DNA of 64,000 nucleotides from Hyphochytrium catenoides (Eukaryota; Protista; Hyphochytriomycota), in contig FLMG01002136.1 of NCBI GenBank assembly GCA_900088475.1, positions 11,184-75,183 of the forward strand, written 5' to 3'. Made by a program: the position numbers and the translations under genes. Shown here piece after piece: positions 40,785 through 54,243 of this stretch; the first letter of the stretch is position 1; the number at the start of each line of letters is the position of its first letter. The notes beneath the pieces were generated by a model that worked only from the letters and a program-made list of their open reading frames with translations, made no database searches and was not told the DNA's origin.

Positions 40785-41265
40785 ACTCAGCTGCTGCTAT
40801 TACTATTTTACGATTTTTGTCTAACGTTGCTTCTTGACCGGCAATATTGTCATAGGTAAGCCACGGGAGGCTCTCAGTACCATCAATGCTGCTTCCTCCG
40901 CGAACGTTTGCCATAGCGATAGTTCCCTGACAAGTGAGCTTTATTCTCAAGAGTCAGCCCATAATCCACCTGTCGGTCAGCAGCCCAAACCAGATGGCGA
41001 TGTGTAGTGATTAACCTCACACGAGACAACGGATGCTACTACTGAGTTAGTGTGTGAGGCCACTGATAGTCCTGGGAGGGAGGTCGCCCATTAGCAGTAG
41101 GAAAACTGGTATATTTATTAAGGTGCCTCAAGCTGAGCCAAAAGTGTACACTGCAAGTGACCAACGCTTGCTTGCTCCTACTTATCACTATGAGGTTTGC
41201 TGCCATGCTTTGGACAGCCTCAGCTATTAAATAACGAACATCAACAATTTTCTCTATTCTTTCGC

Positions 41266-44200
41266 CTATCGTAGTTCTGCCAGCATTGTGATCGGATCCT
41301 CCAAGTAACTCTTCCATAAGTTGGAAAAGCGAGCCATTGTGGCGCCATCAAGCACCCGATGGTCCCCGCCCCAGCTCACGTTCATAATGTGCGAAGCCTT
41401 CACCTGCAAGTCCCGCAGGATTTACGTGGATCAAGAGGCAGCACAATATCATTAGACATCGAGGTCGGTCAGCGAGTCTCAAGAGATCGATTTGAACTAT
41501 GGCACTGCTGGAGAAGAAAGGGTATAGAATTGTGAAGTTTTTGTTTGTACGACGCAGCTCTTAGTTGAGAACAGCAAGAGTGGGGCGGACTAGGATAAAA
41601 AAAACAAACATACGAGGAGAGCCAGTAGGGTAGGCAAGGTGACCCCTGGTAGGCTTACCTGTCCATTAGTGTCGAACCGAGGAAGAACTTGTACTTTTCC
41701 AACCGCACCAATGGCTACCTGAGGAACCATGATGACGGGACCCATTACGGTACCTCCTATAGCTCCAATGTTGGAGAGAGAGAACGTCCCCCCATTGAGG
41801 TCATACTCCGAGAGCTTTCCTGCTTGACCCAGGGCCTAACAGGCAATAGGTGTGGGCAATGGTGTTAGCAATTTCCTGCAATACACTAAAGTTTTGCTGC
41901 TTCTGGGAAGTAGGTCTCTAAAGGACCGACCAGAACAGGTGCGAAGAACTAATTGCCACAAGAAGGGCACGAGAACAGCCTTGAAGGATACAATCTGGCG
42001 GTGTGTAGCTAGAGGCAGAAAGTGCCGCTTAGGAAGGGGTCAAACACTGTGGCTCCGAAAAGACGAGACGTAAACTGATGCCCACGGACTCGGGAAAGGA
42101 TTTGGAGTGGATCACCAGAACAGCACATGAATTTACCTGCAGTCTAGCAATCTCCTTCGCAATATCAATGATGCTGCGGTGTTGAACCTGTTTGACATTC
42201 GGGACTAGCAGTCCGCGTGGGGTATCAACTGCGAGAGATATGTTATGGTCTTTGTGCAGTTTCAGCTCTGTGCACTCGCTATTGACTGTCGCATTCAATG
42301 TAGGAAACTGGATAAGTGCAAGTGATGCAGCCTATGACCATACGACCCGCAGTTAGTCTCACAATCAAGCAAAGGGTATGGTAAAGGAGGGCAAGACAAT
42401 CTGTAGCTAGATAAGCAGGCCGTAACAAAAAAAAAGCCAGTAAGCGGAAGATAAGACTTGCAGGAATAAAGCACGAGGAATTCAAGGAACAAGCAGGGAA
42501 AGCGTCATTGCAAACCTTGACAAGGAAGGGCAAGTACGTGAGCTTAACCCCATGATCCGCTGCTGCCTTCTTCAATCGCTTTCGCAGCTCTACGAGATTA
42601 TCCAAAGTGATCTGATTGGAGAGGCCCGTTACGCTACTTTTGCAATATTGACAGCATAAAGAGCAATAAAGAGTAACAGATAGATAGCTACGTCACGAGA
42701 CAAGAGACGAAATGACTGGAGCTCGAAAGGAGAGTTGAGCGCATGCCAGAACACGCTAAGGTCCTTTAGGCAAGAGAATATGACGACAGAGGAGGATAGC
42801 CCAAAGTATTTACCTCATCCCCGTAGTGAAAATGCGGCACTTTTAGGGCCTCTGTCATGCTCTTTACCATCATTCGCTGAATGCCACGGAGCGGTACTGT
42901 CTCATCTTCCTGCAGTAGGCTCCGACGAGTCGGTAATGAAGCAACCGGTGGCGCAGGGGCTGAGCCGATCGAAGCCGCAGGCGCTGCTATTGGAGGGGCG
43001 ATGGGTGCTGCTATGACCAATCAATAGCGGGGAAACATAGAAGTTAATACCAGTACCAGCGCATTGTCCTAGCGCAACCGGCGTGGTAAGGAAGCAGCAA
43101 AGCGAGGATGCAAGTCAGCCTGAAGACGCACTCCTTTCAAGAAACCTACCGACGCCTGCCGTGGGCCAAGAAATTGCCGCCTCAGAAGCTCTTGGCAGTG
43201 GGGCTGGAGAAGAGGTGTGTTGTTGAGCTGCCTCGTTTGATGGAGCCTTCAAGCTGGCGAGGTAATTTAGTACATCTCCTTTCAGGATTCGGCCTGCACA
43301 GGAGGCACGAGGGAGACGCGATCAACATATATACTTGGAGAGAGGACCCAAGGGGCGAACATAAGTCCATGAGTTGGAGTTCTTAGCTAAGGCAGAGTCT
43401 GATGTTGTTCAAACTGTACCTTTAGGTCCTGTGCCAGGAACCTTTCGCAAATCAACGTTATTTTCTTTGGCGATCCGTCTGACCGAAGGCGTGGTCAGCA
43501 CCTTCTCTAGATGCCTTACCGCTGTATGTAAAATGGCGTGGAAGAAAAGGTCTAAGTCAGCGGATACCCGAGAAAACTTTCTTTTGGTCTTTGTGTGGAA
43601 GCGCCAAGAGGGGAGTGTTATAGGCGAGGAAAGACTTGACGTACCATCAGGGTCAAAGCCACTGGATGAGGTTGTAGAACTCGGAGAAGCAGCATTGGCT
43701 GAAGGCGCTGATGCCCCCGTCCCAGTTGATCCAGCAGACGACACATCACCTTCTACGCTAATATTAATCAAGGTAGACCCAACAGGAACCTGTCAACGGA
43801 TGGCGTCGATGGTCAGGCCCAGAGCAGCTAGGAGCCAACAAATTTGGGGTTTCGCTGCGAGGAAGACAAGCCTCAAGCAGCTATTGCTCATACTCGAGTC
43901 ATGATCATTGTTCAAGGAAAGACACAGGCCATCTGCTACCAAAAAAGGGAAAGGGGGCGAGGAGGGGGAGTGTTGTGGAGACAACGAAACAAGATACAGT
44001 AGGAAGACCTATACCTGACTGCCTTCGACCCAATGGAGCTTCTGCACAACCCCATCGTATCTGCTGGTGATCTCAACAGTAGCCTTGTCGCTTTGGACCT
44101 CACAGACGCGATCAAACTGCTTGATAGGCTGGCCCTCTCTAACAAACCACTGCAGAAGTTCAACCTCCGCTATTCCTTCACCAATGTCTGCAAGCTTGAA

Positions 44201-45201
44201 CTCAACAATGCTATCCCCTTGTCCGTTGCCTGCCGTTGAGGCTGCGGCGGTCCCCGTCGATGTAGCAGCTTTGGCCTTAAAACAGGGAGGAAGAGTAAGC
44301 CCAATATGGAACAGCTATAAAGAGGCAAGTGCTATGCACGTGAGTCTGTGCGTGGTGACAGGAGAACAAGAGAGGTCACCACGAGGTGGGCAAAGCCGGT
44401 CTGGACGGAGGTAAGAAAAGGTCAAGTTATAGGATGAGGGACCATTGACGGAGGGAAACGGGCCGGTTGAAAGCAAACAGGGCAGAGTCGAATAGACTTA
44501 CTTCCGGGGAAGGCGCGGCAGTGTTTTCCCCGTCTCCGTCCGTCACAATATCGATCAGGGGGCTGCCTACATGCGCGATGTCCCCCACATTGTAATAGAG
44601 TCTACCCACCCGGCCAGCGTATCTACTGGTGATTTCTACATTCGCCTTGTCGCTTTGGACCTCGCAGACCTTATCAAACTGCTCAATGCGGTCGCCCTAT
44701 GGACAGGATCAAGCATATGCAACAGAGAATTAGACCCTTGTCACAGGGACATCGGCGATAATCAATCGGCCAACCGCTTGCGCGCTCTTTCTTGCCGGTG
44801 TCTTCCCTTTCTTGCTCTGGCCTTCTCCCTCTTCTATCCCATTATCTCGCTTTCTCACGTCTACTGCGTCTATTGTCATACTGCTTTCCTGCTCTTACCT
44901 CTTTGACGAACCACTGCAATACCTCGACTTCTGCGATGCCTTCACCAATGTCAGCCAGGTTAAAGGGGACTACGTCACTCAGAGGGCTGCTAACAACAAA
45001 GTTACGTGACCAGACATGAGGTGGTAGTCTGATAGTGTTGATGGAGATATTCTGAAGAGAAGAGAGAGAAGAAGGCCGCCGAAGTCTCTTCAGGCCATTT
45101 TTGCCCGCGAGGACGTGAAACGCTGCCAATCGAGTGCCCGTTGCCTGTGTGAAAGATGTCCTGCTGGCACAGGCACGCGAGAAAAAGCCTCTTCCCTTCA
45201 T
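41266..45201 (-). CDS. DBT: Dihydrolipoamide branched-chain transacylase E2 (BCKDH complex) with two tandem lipoyl domains
   Basis: Mitochondrial-type presequence; two lipoyl domains ([39 protein letters not shown]); subunit-binding domain [28 protein letters not shown]; [22 protein letters not shown], and catalytic [28 protein letters not shown]. Stop at 41268-41266. Confidence 0.95.
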
Positions 45202-46714
45202 TGCTTCACGGAGAGAGGTAGACGAGGTTCGATTGATAGGTATGCACTGCTTGCGCTGTCGCTGCCCAAGGTGTGCCGACTGAATGGTTACTCCCTGCCT
45301 CGTTCCAACGCTGATTGGAAAGACGTGGAGTGAGCGCCCAAGGTATGCTCTTCACGAGATCAGCAAGACTCTGCCTTGCACTTCCGAGACACCAAGAACG
45401 CCAGTCACCTTGTCATGCTAGGACATGACCAGCTCTGACCTCTCGAACGCGGGATGGATGATGATGGGAAGGAGGTGACCGAGGAGAGACAGCAGAGGTG
45501 CTTCGCATTGCTTCCATCAAAAGTCCAATGATGACTATCCGTCCTTGACCTCTGAATCTCTCTCCAAGACTCTGACTGTCCTTCATCCACCCTCTACCTC
45601 AGGCCCTTTCACCACAGTACGATACACTATTTCTATCTCGTCACCTGCCATTATACATCTCTTCTCTTCTCTTACTCGTCGTGGCTCCGTACCTTTAGGG
45701 GCTTCCCCTCCTTGCCTAGACGGCGGTCGCACTAAAGCTAATTTCTTTGGGTAAAGCTAGGGAGATAGCCCCACAAGTGGCGGTAGGTCCTCAATATGCC
45801 CACACTTTGGGCGGATCAGTTCCGCTATTTACCCCCATGAAAATGCTTGGGCCATGTCCACCTAATCAACAGAGCGGCTCCGAGGGGAGGAGTGGCCAGC
45901 TCTGATGGACTTCAACTTGCGTTTTGGCGATTTGGTTCGAGATCGTGGGATTCTGAATACAATACTTAACCGCACATCTTTATCAAGAAGGAAAAGGTGA
46001 GGAATCAAGAATACAGCATATGATGGTCATACATACAACAACAACGTTCTGCTACATGTAGACACCATGTCAAATGAATTTCCACTCTCAAGCCAAGGTT
46101 TGATCATCTATTGAAAGAAGACAACAACGCTATATCTCTAATATATTGCTTGGAAGGTCTTACTAACAGTAATTGAAGCTTCGAAAGACCAGGTCATTTC
46201 GAATACCGCTTCAATGTGAGTTTGAAGAATAAGATTAACTCCAGGATTAGCGGATGGGATGTTAATAGAGAGCGAAGTGATGGTGCTCTTGGTCTCTCAA
46301 TGCTGTGAGCTGGAGAGCACAACCATCTCATTCAGTTCTAGGAGGTCATCATGCTTTAGCACTCACTGCTGCTCACTGCTTTCCTCTTGAGCCTTTCCTC
46401 ACTTCCTCACGAGTCTGGCGACCAGCTCAGCTCATCAGCAGCGCGGTCACTTGGACATCTCCCTTCTTCCCTGCTCACTCCTAGAGTCCGCCGACGCCTA
46501 CCGCCTCCAAGTCACGAGCCTCAGAGGTTCATTGTATACTAAACGGAAGGGTTCGTCGCTACTGGCTCTGGACGCACGGGAGCAAAGACGACTATACTTC
46601 TATTCCTTCCAGGGGCGACCTAAAGGTTTCTCTTGAGATCTCAACTGGCACTGGCCTTTATACCCTGCAATCACTCCGTTATTAAGGGCCCTGAGCTCCA
46701 TAACTGCAGCAGCA
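45202..46714. promoter_or_regulatory. Putative shared (divergent) promoter region between DBT and BCKDHB
   Basis: About 1.5 kb separates the two divergent start codons. It has an AT-richer core (about 45950-46270) and no convincing coding sequence. Confidence 0.45.
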
Positions 46715-48885
46715 ATGGCTACCTGTCAGAGTAGGCATATAAGGCGGCGGCTCTTCTCGGGCTTAACCTCAAGGACATCAGAACTCAATTGTCAGCTCAG
46801 AAGAGGAGCTAAACTCCAAGTTATCAAGAGCAAAGTCGCTGGGTTTCACTCTACATGTTCTGCTTTAGCTTTAGAGAGACCTCGGCATCCATCTGCAGCT
46901 GATGTGCCTACAAATGTCCCAACTACGAGAATGAACATGTTCACAGCTATCAATGACGCAATGCGATGGGCCCTAAAGACGGACGAGACAGCAGTAAGTC
47001 CACCAGCTAGTATGGTTCCTCGTAGCGTTCATGATAATGGACTGAATTCTGATCTGACAGGTCATTTTTGGCGAGGATGTTGCCTTCGGTGGCGTATTTC
47101 GAACAACTGTGAACCTAAGAGAGGAGTTTGGAAAGGAGCGTGTCTTCAACAGCCCCCTCTGTGAACAGGTGATTAGCTCTCCTTACTTTTTGTGCCATAT
47201 GCCCGCCTTTCTATGTTGGAGCTGACAGTCCAGCTATTTACAGGGCATTGCAGGGTTTGGGATAGGTTACGCTTCGATGGGTTACACTGCAATCGCGGAG
47301 ATTCAGTTTGCAGACTATATATTTCCAGCCTTCGACCAGGTATTGCACTATTTTCTTCCTCCTTTTCCCCGGGTTTAGCGTGCGCCTGAAGTTTTCCTCC
47401 TCTCCCCGTCGTGCCGTGGGCATATGTCACGTTCAACTCTAGATTGTGAATGAGGCTGCCAAGTTCAGATACCGATCAGGCGATGAGTTCAATTGTGGGA
47501 GTCTTACAATTCGAGCGCCCTATGGAGCTGTTGGTCATGGTGGCCATTATCATTCACAATCTCCTGAAGCATACTTTGCACATACACCTGGTTTGAAGGT
47601 GAGCAGATTGTGGAACCTAAAGTTATGCGCACTCTTAGTGGCAGCTGCTAGCCATGCGTGCGTTGTCTATTGTTCCTTCGCCGTTCAAACACCGCGTCAG
47701 CCTGGCCTCGTCTCAGCGGGGTCTACCGGTTGATAGTCCTATACGCACTGTGTCTTGGTTTCCTTTGCCTTCTTTGGCTTTCTGATATCAACTCATTAGG
47801 TTGTGATGCCTCGAAGTCCAACCCAAGCTAAAGGGCTTCTCCTGGCCGCGATCAGAGACCCAAATCCAGTGAGTCCAACCACATGATATAGATCTCAATA
47901 GCGCTTATGGGCAACCTTTTAACACTTGTGGATGAACCATAGGTCATTTTCTTTGAGCCTAAGGCACTCTATAGAGCGGCGGTAGAAGAAGTTCCAGAAG
48001 GCGACTTTACGTTACCTCTTTCTAAGGCGGAGGTCCTTCGCATCGGCTCGGATGTTACGGTAGTGGGCTATGGTGCTCAAATGAGGGTACTCGAGAAGGT
48101 ATGACAAGCGGAAAAAGAGTCCATGGTCGTTAGGCCTGGAGGGATCAAAAGCGCGCGAAATAGCAGCGGGTAGATGGCTGGGGAGCTACTTGCGGATATA
48201 CAGAGGAGAATGGTCTTCGAAACATCGGTTAGCAACCTCCAGGATTAACACCTTCTATTTTCATAGGCGTGTGATATGGCTGAGGATGTCGGCATTCGCT
48301 GCGAGCTTATTGATCTGAGAACAGTCATGCCCTGGGATGTGGAAACTGTGGAGGAATCAGTTAATAAGACAGGAAGACTTGTGGTTAGCCATGAGGCGCC
48401 GGTGAGTTGACAATCAACGTGTGTCTCTTATGTGCCATACTCCTCGTCAATTTTGGATCCTTGCATTCTTTATTAAGTTCCTATTGCCATTATTCCTCTG
48501 CGGGAAGTGTCCAGCTTTACTTCCATTCAGCTAGCTTCGCCAAGGATCCGACACTAATTTTCTTGATCTGCCCCATCTCCTCTTGCGCCGGTGTGCTACT
48601 TGTCCTACGTTTATTCAATCAGATCACTGGTGGCTTTGGAGCCGAGGTAGCTGCCACCATCCAGGAGCGGTGTTTCCTCCGACTCGAAGCTCCTATTCAG
48701 CGAGTTTGCGGCTGGGACACGCCTTTCCCTCTGGTCTTTGAAAAGGTACCGTACATTCTGAGCATCAATCTTTCCTTGTCCCTAATGCTACTGCAAATGC
48801 TTGTAACTCTACCTCCTCGTGTCAGGTTTACGTGCCCGACGCTTTGAGAAATTTCGAAGCCATCAAGACTGCAGTAAACTTCTAA
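46715..48885 (+). CDS. BCKDHB: Branched-chain 2-oxoacid dehydrogenase E1 beta subunit, mitochondrial
   Basis: [131 protein letters not shown]. Stop at 48883-48885. Confidence 0.97.
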
Positions 48886-49943
48886 GATAGCTACCGGGGC
48901 CATGCTAGTAGTATCCTGATGTTACTTATCTATTTAATGGGCAAAACCTAAGCCATACAGCTACCTTTGCTGCGTTGATTATCGCTATAAGAATACTCTT
49001 GACCCAAACAAAGTTAGAATTATCAAGAGTCAGTTTTCAGATATCATCCACTCTACAAGTTACCCGATGGACAAGTGTTGGCTTCGACAACGTTCTTGAG
49101 AGCACCATCAAGGGGCCAGAACAAGCAATCCGTCCCCTAGAATACGATGACATCCACTGCAAACAGTCCGCTCTCCCCTGAGCCGCGCCGCCATACAGCG
49201 AAGCATCTGACTGAGGAGCTACGCATCTCTGCTTGACTGGCAGGGAGTGGCATGGCCAAACAGTATTGTAGAGGCTGAAGAGCTGCACTATGTTTCTCGA
49301 TGATGTGGAGCCAATAACGAACTTTCGATTGGGTTTCTCTAGCACATCCCCCAGGAGTAATGGTAGAACTATTCTGAATCCCTCTCCACGGATCCTACAA
49401 GAAGGCTACAGGAAGGATCGTTATTCATGATGCCAACATCCCTCCTCCAGCCATCAACCTCACTATTGTTGAGCTGCATCGCTGAGGGTTCGCAAACCCA
49501 GCAGCAGGAGGGAAGGCAGGCATGAGGACGAAGCAGAGAATGATGAAGAGAGACAGATGATGCCCGCAACGCTGATGATGACAGTGAGAGGGCGGAGGAT
49601 GTAAGAAAGACAGAAGAAGGATTAGAGGCGGCAACAGAACTACTGGGGTTCAAGAGCAAGGGCACGAAGGATAGAGCAGCATTACACATAGAAGTGTCAT
49701 AGCTGGAAGGTAGAGCATCTTCCCAATCAAAGGTCAACGTAGCTCAGACAGGTGGCTGCGTTCTGCCGTTTACTTGTCGAGCTATTCCCTAGAGGGAAGG
49801 GTTCAAAGAGATCGCGTCCTCCCAAGGCCAGTCATAAGTGCGCTGTCTGCATTAGCTGGTGGCATTAATAGTAAACGGAGGCACTTACTCCCCAAGGATA
49901 GGTGGAACACAATTTAGCGGAAAATCTAGCTGCAGGACTTAGA

Positions 49944-52900
49944 ATGAACGCTAGACCGTCTGCGTCGCTCACCTTCCTGCTTAGGCTTGCCAGCCTGAGC
50001 CAAAAAAATGGTAGCGCAGCGCAGAAGCTGCCCGTCAGGAGCCTGATCTCTTCGTGGTGGGTGCCCAATTGGCACTGATTGGTGTTTTGGCACTGTGGCT
50101 TTCAAACCCTTTCTAAGCTCTCAAAGCTTCTCCCGACTATTATAGCATCCTTCCTCAGGTGGCTGCTCGCCTCTGCTTCATTCTACCTCCATCTGGGAGC
50201 TAATTTTAACTATCACCTCGCGCGCCCCTTATGAACATCAGTCATACCCTTGCTAGCCAAGTGCCAAGGGACGAGTCGACTCAGAAGACAGGGAAGACAG
50301 GAAGCCGTAGCTCTAGGCGATTGTTTCATTCCTCTTCCCGTCTAGAAAAACGCGACTACTATAGCGTACTAGGTGTGGGGCGCAATGCAGACGCATCAGA
50401 GATCAAGAAGAAGTACTTCGAACTGGCAAAAAAGCTCCACCCAGATACGAATAAGGACGACCCGGATGCAGCCAAAAAGTTTGGAGAGTTATCCGAGGCT
50501 TATGAGGTAACACAAGTATAGGTCGGGCAGAGAGAGAGGGAAGATGCGTTATTAGGTGAGGGAAGTGGGATCGATGGTGCCGTTTTGGCTCTCTGTTTCA
50601 CAGGGCAGAATTCTTATCAGTCATGGCAGACGACAGAGAAGAGTCAACAACGCAGTCCCCTCGTCAGCGATTTCCTACTTTGTGGCTAACCAGTGAGCAA
50701 TCTTAGGTTCTGGGGAATAAAGAGAAGAGAGAGATGTATGATACCTATGGCCATGCTGGAGTCGATCCCAACTTTGCAGGAGGGGAAGGAGGTTCGACTA
50801 TTGTTCTTATTCTGCCTTTGAAACTTCTTTTGTATATCGATCCGTTCGTCTATTGTCCTTGGCTTGCTTCGCGTCTCCTTGGACTCCCTCAGCACCTCTA
50901 CTAACGAGGCCAAACTCTGTGACTCTACGCCCAAGCAGCCTTACTTCTTCCTGCTGGTCTATTTTGGGAAGCAGTACTCCTCTCTCGCTTAATCATNNNN
51001 NNNNNNNNNNGGGTGTCGCCCGAAGATATTTTTGAAGAATTTGCTGGCATGTTTGGCGGGGGCGGAGGTACTAGAAGACGCCGTCAGGGCCCACAGAGAG
51101 GCTCCGACGTACAGACCAGGTCCGTCCCATAACAGTTGGATGTGCCTGGAATGTGGGCCGGCGAGCGGAGGAGGAAAAAGGGAGAAAGTGGGGATCCGGA
51201 GAGACTTCGATTAGGCCAGACATCAGCGAAGGAATAGGCTGCAGAAGTTGATATTGGGACATGGAGTTAACCCTTGTACCGAGATAAGAGGAGGGACAAA
51301 ACGGCTTAACGGGTTGTACGTATGAGGTGAAGCAGAAAGCTTTGGAATGCGAAGTTTCAATGGTAGTGCTAAAAGAACTTTTCTTGGGCGGGGCGTAAGT
51401 TCAGTAGCCCAGCAAAGAGTGGACACTGTTGCAGAAACCATTTTGATCAGGGAATTTTTTATGAGGTTAAGTGCTGACGGTCCAGGACTTATTCTCTCAC
51501 AATCTTGCCTGCAGTGTGCGCCTAACATTCATGGAGGCTGTGAAAGGGACTGTAAAGACTCTCAACTTGATGGGGAACGTGCCTTGTGACACATGTGATG
51601 GTAGCGGGGCCAAGCCAGGAACTAAGCCAACAACGTGCTCAAGATGTAAAGGGAGCGGCCAGGTATGTGATGATGATTCCATTGAATGTGTCCATTTCGT
51701 CATTCGGGGCCGCTCATCAGATACGTTCGGCTTACCTCTTTTCTAGGAAATCCTGCAACAAGGTTTCTTCCAGATCGCACAAACTTGTCGAAAGTGTGGC
51801 GGGCTCGGATCCATCATTGAGAACCCATGCGGCACCTGCAGAGGACAAGGAACAGTTAAAAAGTCAAGAAACGTGGAGGTTACTATTCCAGCAGGCAAGG
51901 CCGTCAGTCCTTAGACTCACTTCACGCTCTACTTACCTTCTGTCTTCGTACAGCTGCGTAGCTTACTTTTCAATCTGAGTTACCCTTTTTCTACTCATTT
52001 AAGCCGTCTTACGGGCCTGATTTACCTAGTTTTTCATAGGTCTCTTTCTTTGACAAGACCGGGTTTGAAATGTGCTAATATTTCTAGTTCCCTTCCAGGC
52101 GTTGATACCGGAGTCAATCTCCGACTTGCAGGCCAGGGTGAACCGGGAACCAAGGGAGGTCCCGCGGGCCATCTCTATGTGGAGATAAAGGTAGAGACGG
52201 CAGTAAAGGATGGCGACGGGCAGTGGGTTCATCACGCTAGTACCACCACTAAAATTGTTTTGACAAGCCGATGGTCAAAGGGGTGATAATGATACCTTTT
52301 TTCTAACGCAGGTCAGGGAGGATCCTTTCTTCCATCGCATTGGAGATGACGTGCACGTGGAGGTGCCCATCTCAATAGCCGCAGCTATTTTAGGAGACGT
52401 CGTGAACATTCCGACGTTGACTGGAGAAGCAGAGCTAAAGGTAGGGACGCTCTCACGCAAGAAGTCTAGTTTCTATTATCATGTTCCTACCATTCAACAT
52501 ATAGTCGTCCCGTCGTTCATCGACATAAGGTATCTTACCTATGGCTCACACCTTGCAATCTTCAATCCCTGCTCTATAGGTCCCGGCAGGTACTCAGCCT
52601 GACCAGCAGCTCATTATGCGAGGGAAGGGTATCAAGCGGCTAAGTGGACCCGGCATGGGAAATCAATACGTGCACTTCAAGGTCCAGATCCCTAAGAAGC
52701 TTACTACGCGCCAGAAAGAGCTCATGGAAGAATTCCGGGAAGAGGAAAACAAACGAAGCGACAAGGATGATGTCTTCCATGCCTTCGGTAAGCCCACCAT
52801 GTTTTGTCTCTTTCCAGTCATTCAGTTGCTACTTGACATGTTGGAGTATCACTACTGACTATATCATTTGGGACCCTAAAACGACTACTTCTCCAGGTAA

Positions 52901-52982
52901 AAAGGTCACAGAGACCATTGACAGGCTAAAGAAGTTTTTTGAGGGCACCAAGCAACAGCAAAGCTCTTCTTCCTCCCAGTAA
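49944..52982 (+). CDS. Type I DnaJ/Hsp40 chaperone, mitochondrial (DNAJA3/Mdj1-like); multi-exon, contains an N gap
   Basis: Presequence [18 protein letters not shown].. (ATG at 49944); J domain [16 protein letters not shown]; G/F region; four CxxCxGxG zinc repeats ([32 protein letters not shown]); IPAGVDTG, VPAGTQP, MRGKGI. Confidence 0.92.
50997..51010. other. Assembly gap (run of N)
   Basis: N characters in the sequence. Confidence 0.99.
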
Positions 52983-54243
52983 CCCCCGGTAGAAGTGTCA
53001 GAGTCCCGCGCTAGTTAACAATCCTATTTAATTGCCTCAATCCACCCCCTCTTGGCACGAAGCATTACCTTTCAGCAAAGTCTGCTGTTTACTCTACACT
53101 CTAGAATAACCTGCTTGGTTGCAATCCTCAACATCGCGATCCTAGTGGCTTTACTCTACTAGTCATTGTGCGTCATGGATTCACTCTTTATTATAGGAAG
53201 ACCCACATAATGAAGCTTCGGATCTCAAGACAGTCATGCGCCACGTACGACGTGGCGTCTCTTCGTTCTTGAAAGAACTGCAGCTTAACGCCGTCCAGAC
53301 AGCTGTCCAGACCCCATGAGGGTGATAAAGGCTAATAAAGCTTCTCTTCACCCGGGTGTGAGGAGTGTCTGGCAATCCTACGAGGATCGACAGCAACTTG
53401 AACAGCTCAACGAAAAGGGCCTTACGAAGTGATGCGTCAAGTAAGGCCGGGCCGCTCACGTACCTCGTCAGCGGAGCTATTGAGCATCAGGGTGCAGGTA
53501 ATGTGCTCTGGAAGGAGGTCAAGATGCATAGGAAGCACTTGCGCTTGATTTATCAAGCAGAAGAAGGGACTTCGGCGCTTGGACCCGTTGTTCAGAGTCT
53601 GAGCATCACTGGCGATCAGTCCACAGCAGCACCCTTGCCTCTGGTTCAACGTCGAAGTTAGGACTCCTAGCGGTAGCAGCAGTGTGCTAGCCTTCAGTTC
53701 TATCCCAAGAGCTCATCAGCCCCCATCAGACCTGGATATCAGCTGAACAAAGCTGGTCAGTAATAGAGTGGGTAACGAATATTCTAAAGGATCCATCGGT
53801 GAATCACATACCAAGGATCGCAATATGATCTCTGCGTGAGGTTACTAATATTTAATAACGTGCTAAGGAAAGGGCAGATCTTGGTCAAATAGACTCACCC
53901 AATCTAAGTGTTTAAAAAGCTAGAGTCTCCCTCATATGTAGAGCTTTTTTCACACCACCAAGGGATTTTGGCCTTAGAGGGTACTACTAAAATATAAAAC
54001 CCACGTCAAAGGCGAGATTGTCTTGGGTATAAACAAGAGGCTGTGGAATTTAGTAGTGTGTGTTTGTATCATAGGCCGGTCTATTACTATTCATCCTCAG
54101 CCATAGCCTCCCCGCCAGCCACCAGCGCTTCCGATAGCGTGGCGCCAAGCGATGAACAAGCTGCTGGTGGAGCTTCATGGGAGAGATGTCCGCAGCTCTC
54201 TTCTCTCAGTCGCGAGAAAGAGGCGTGATCAACATCTGCAACC

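Noticed and set aside
53181-53661. Overlapping short ORFs, one with YLVSGAIEHQG faintly resembling a USP His box
   Set aside because: There is no catalytic GHY or Cys box and no consistent exon structure.
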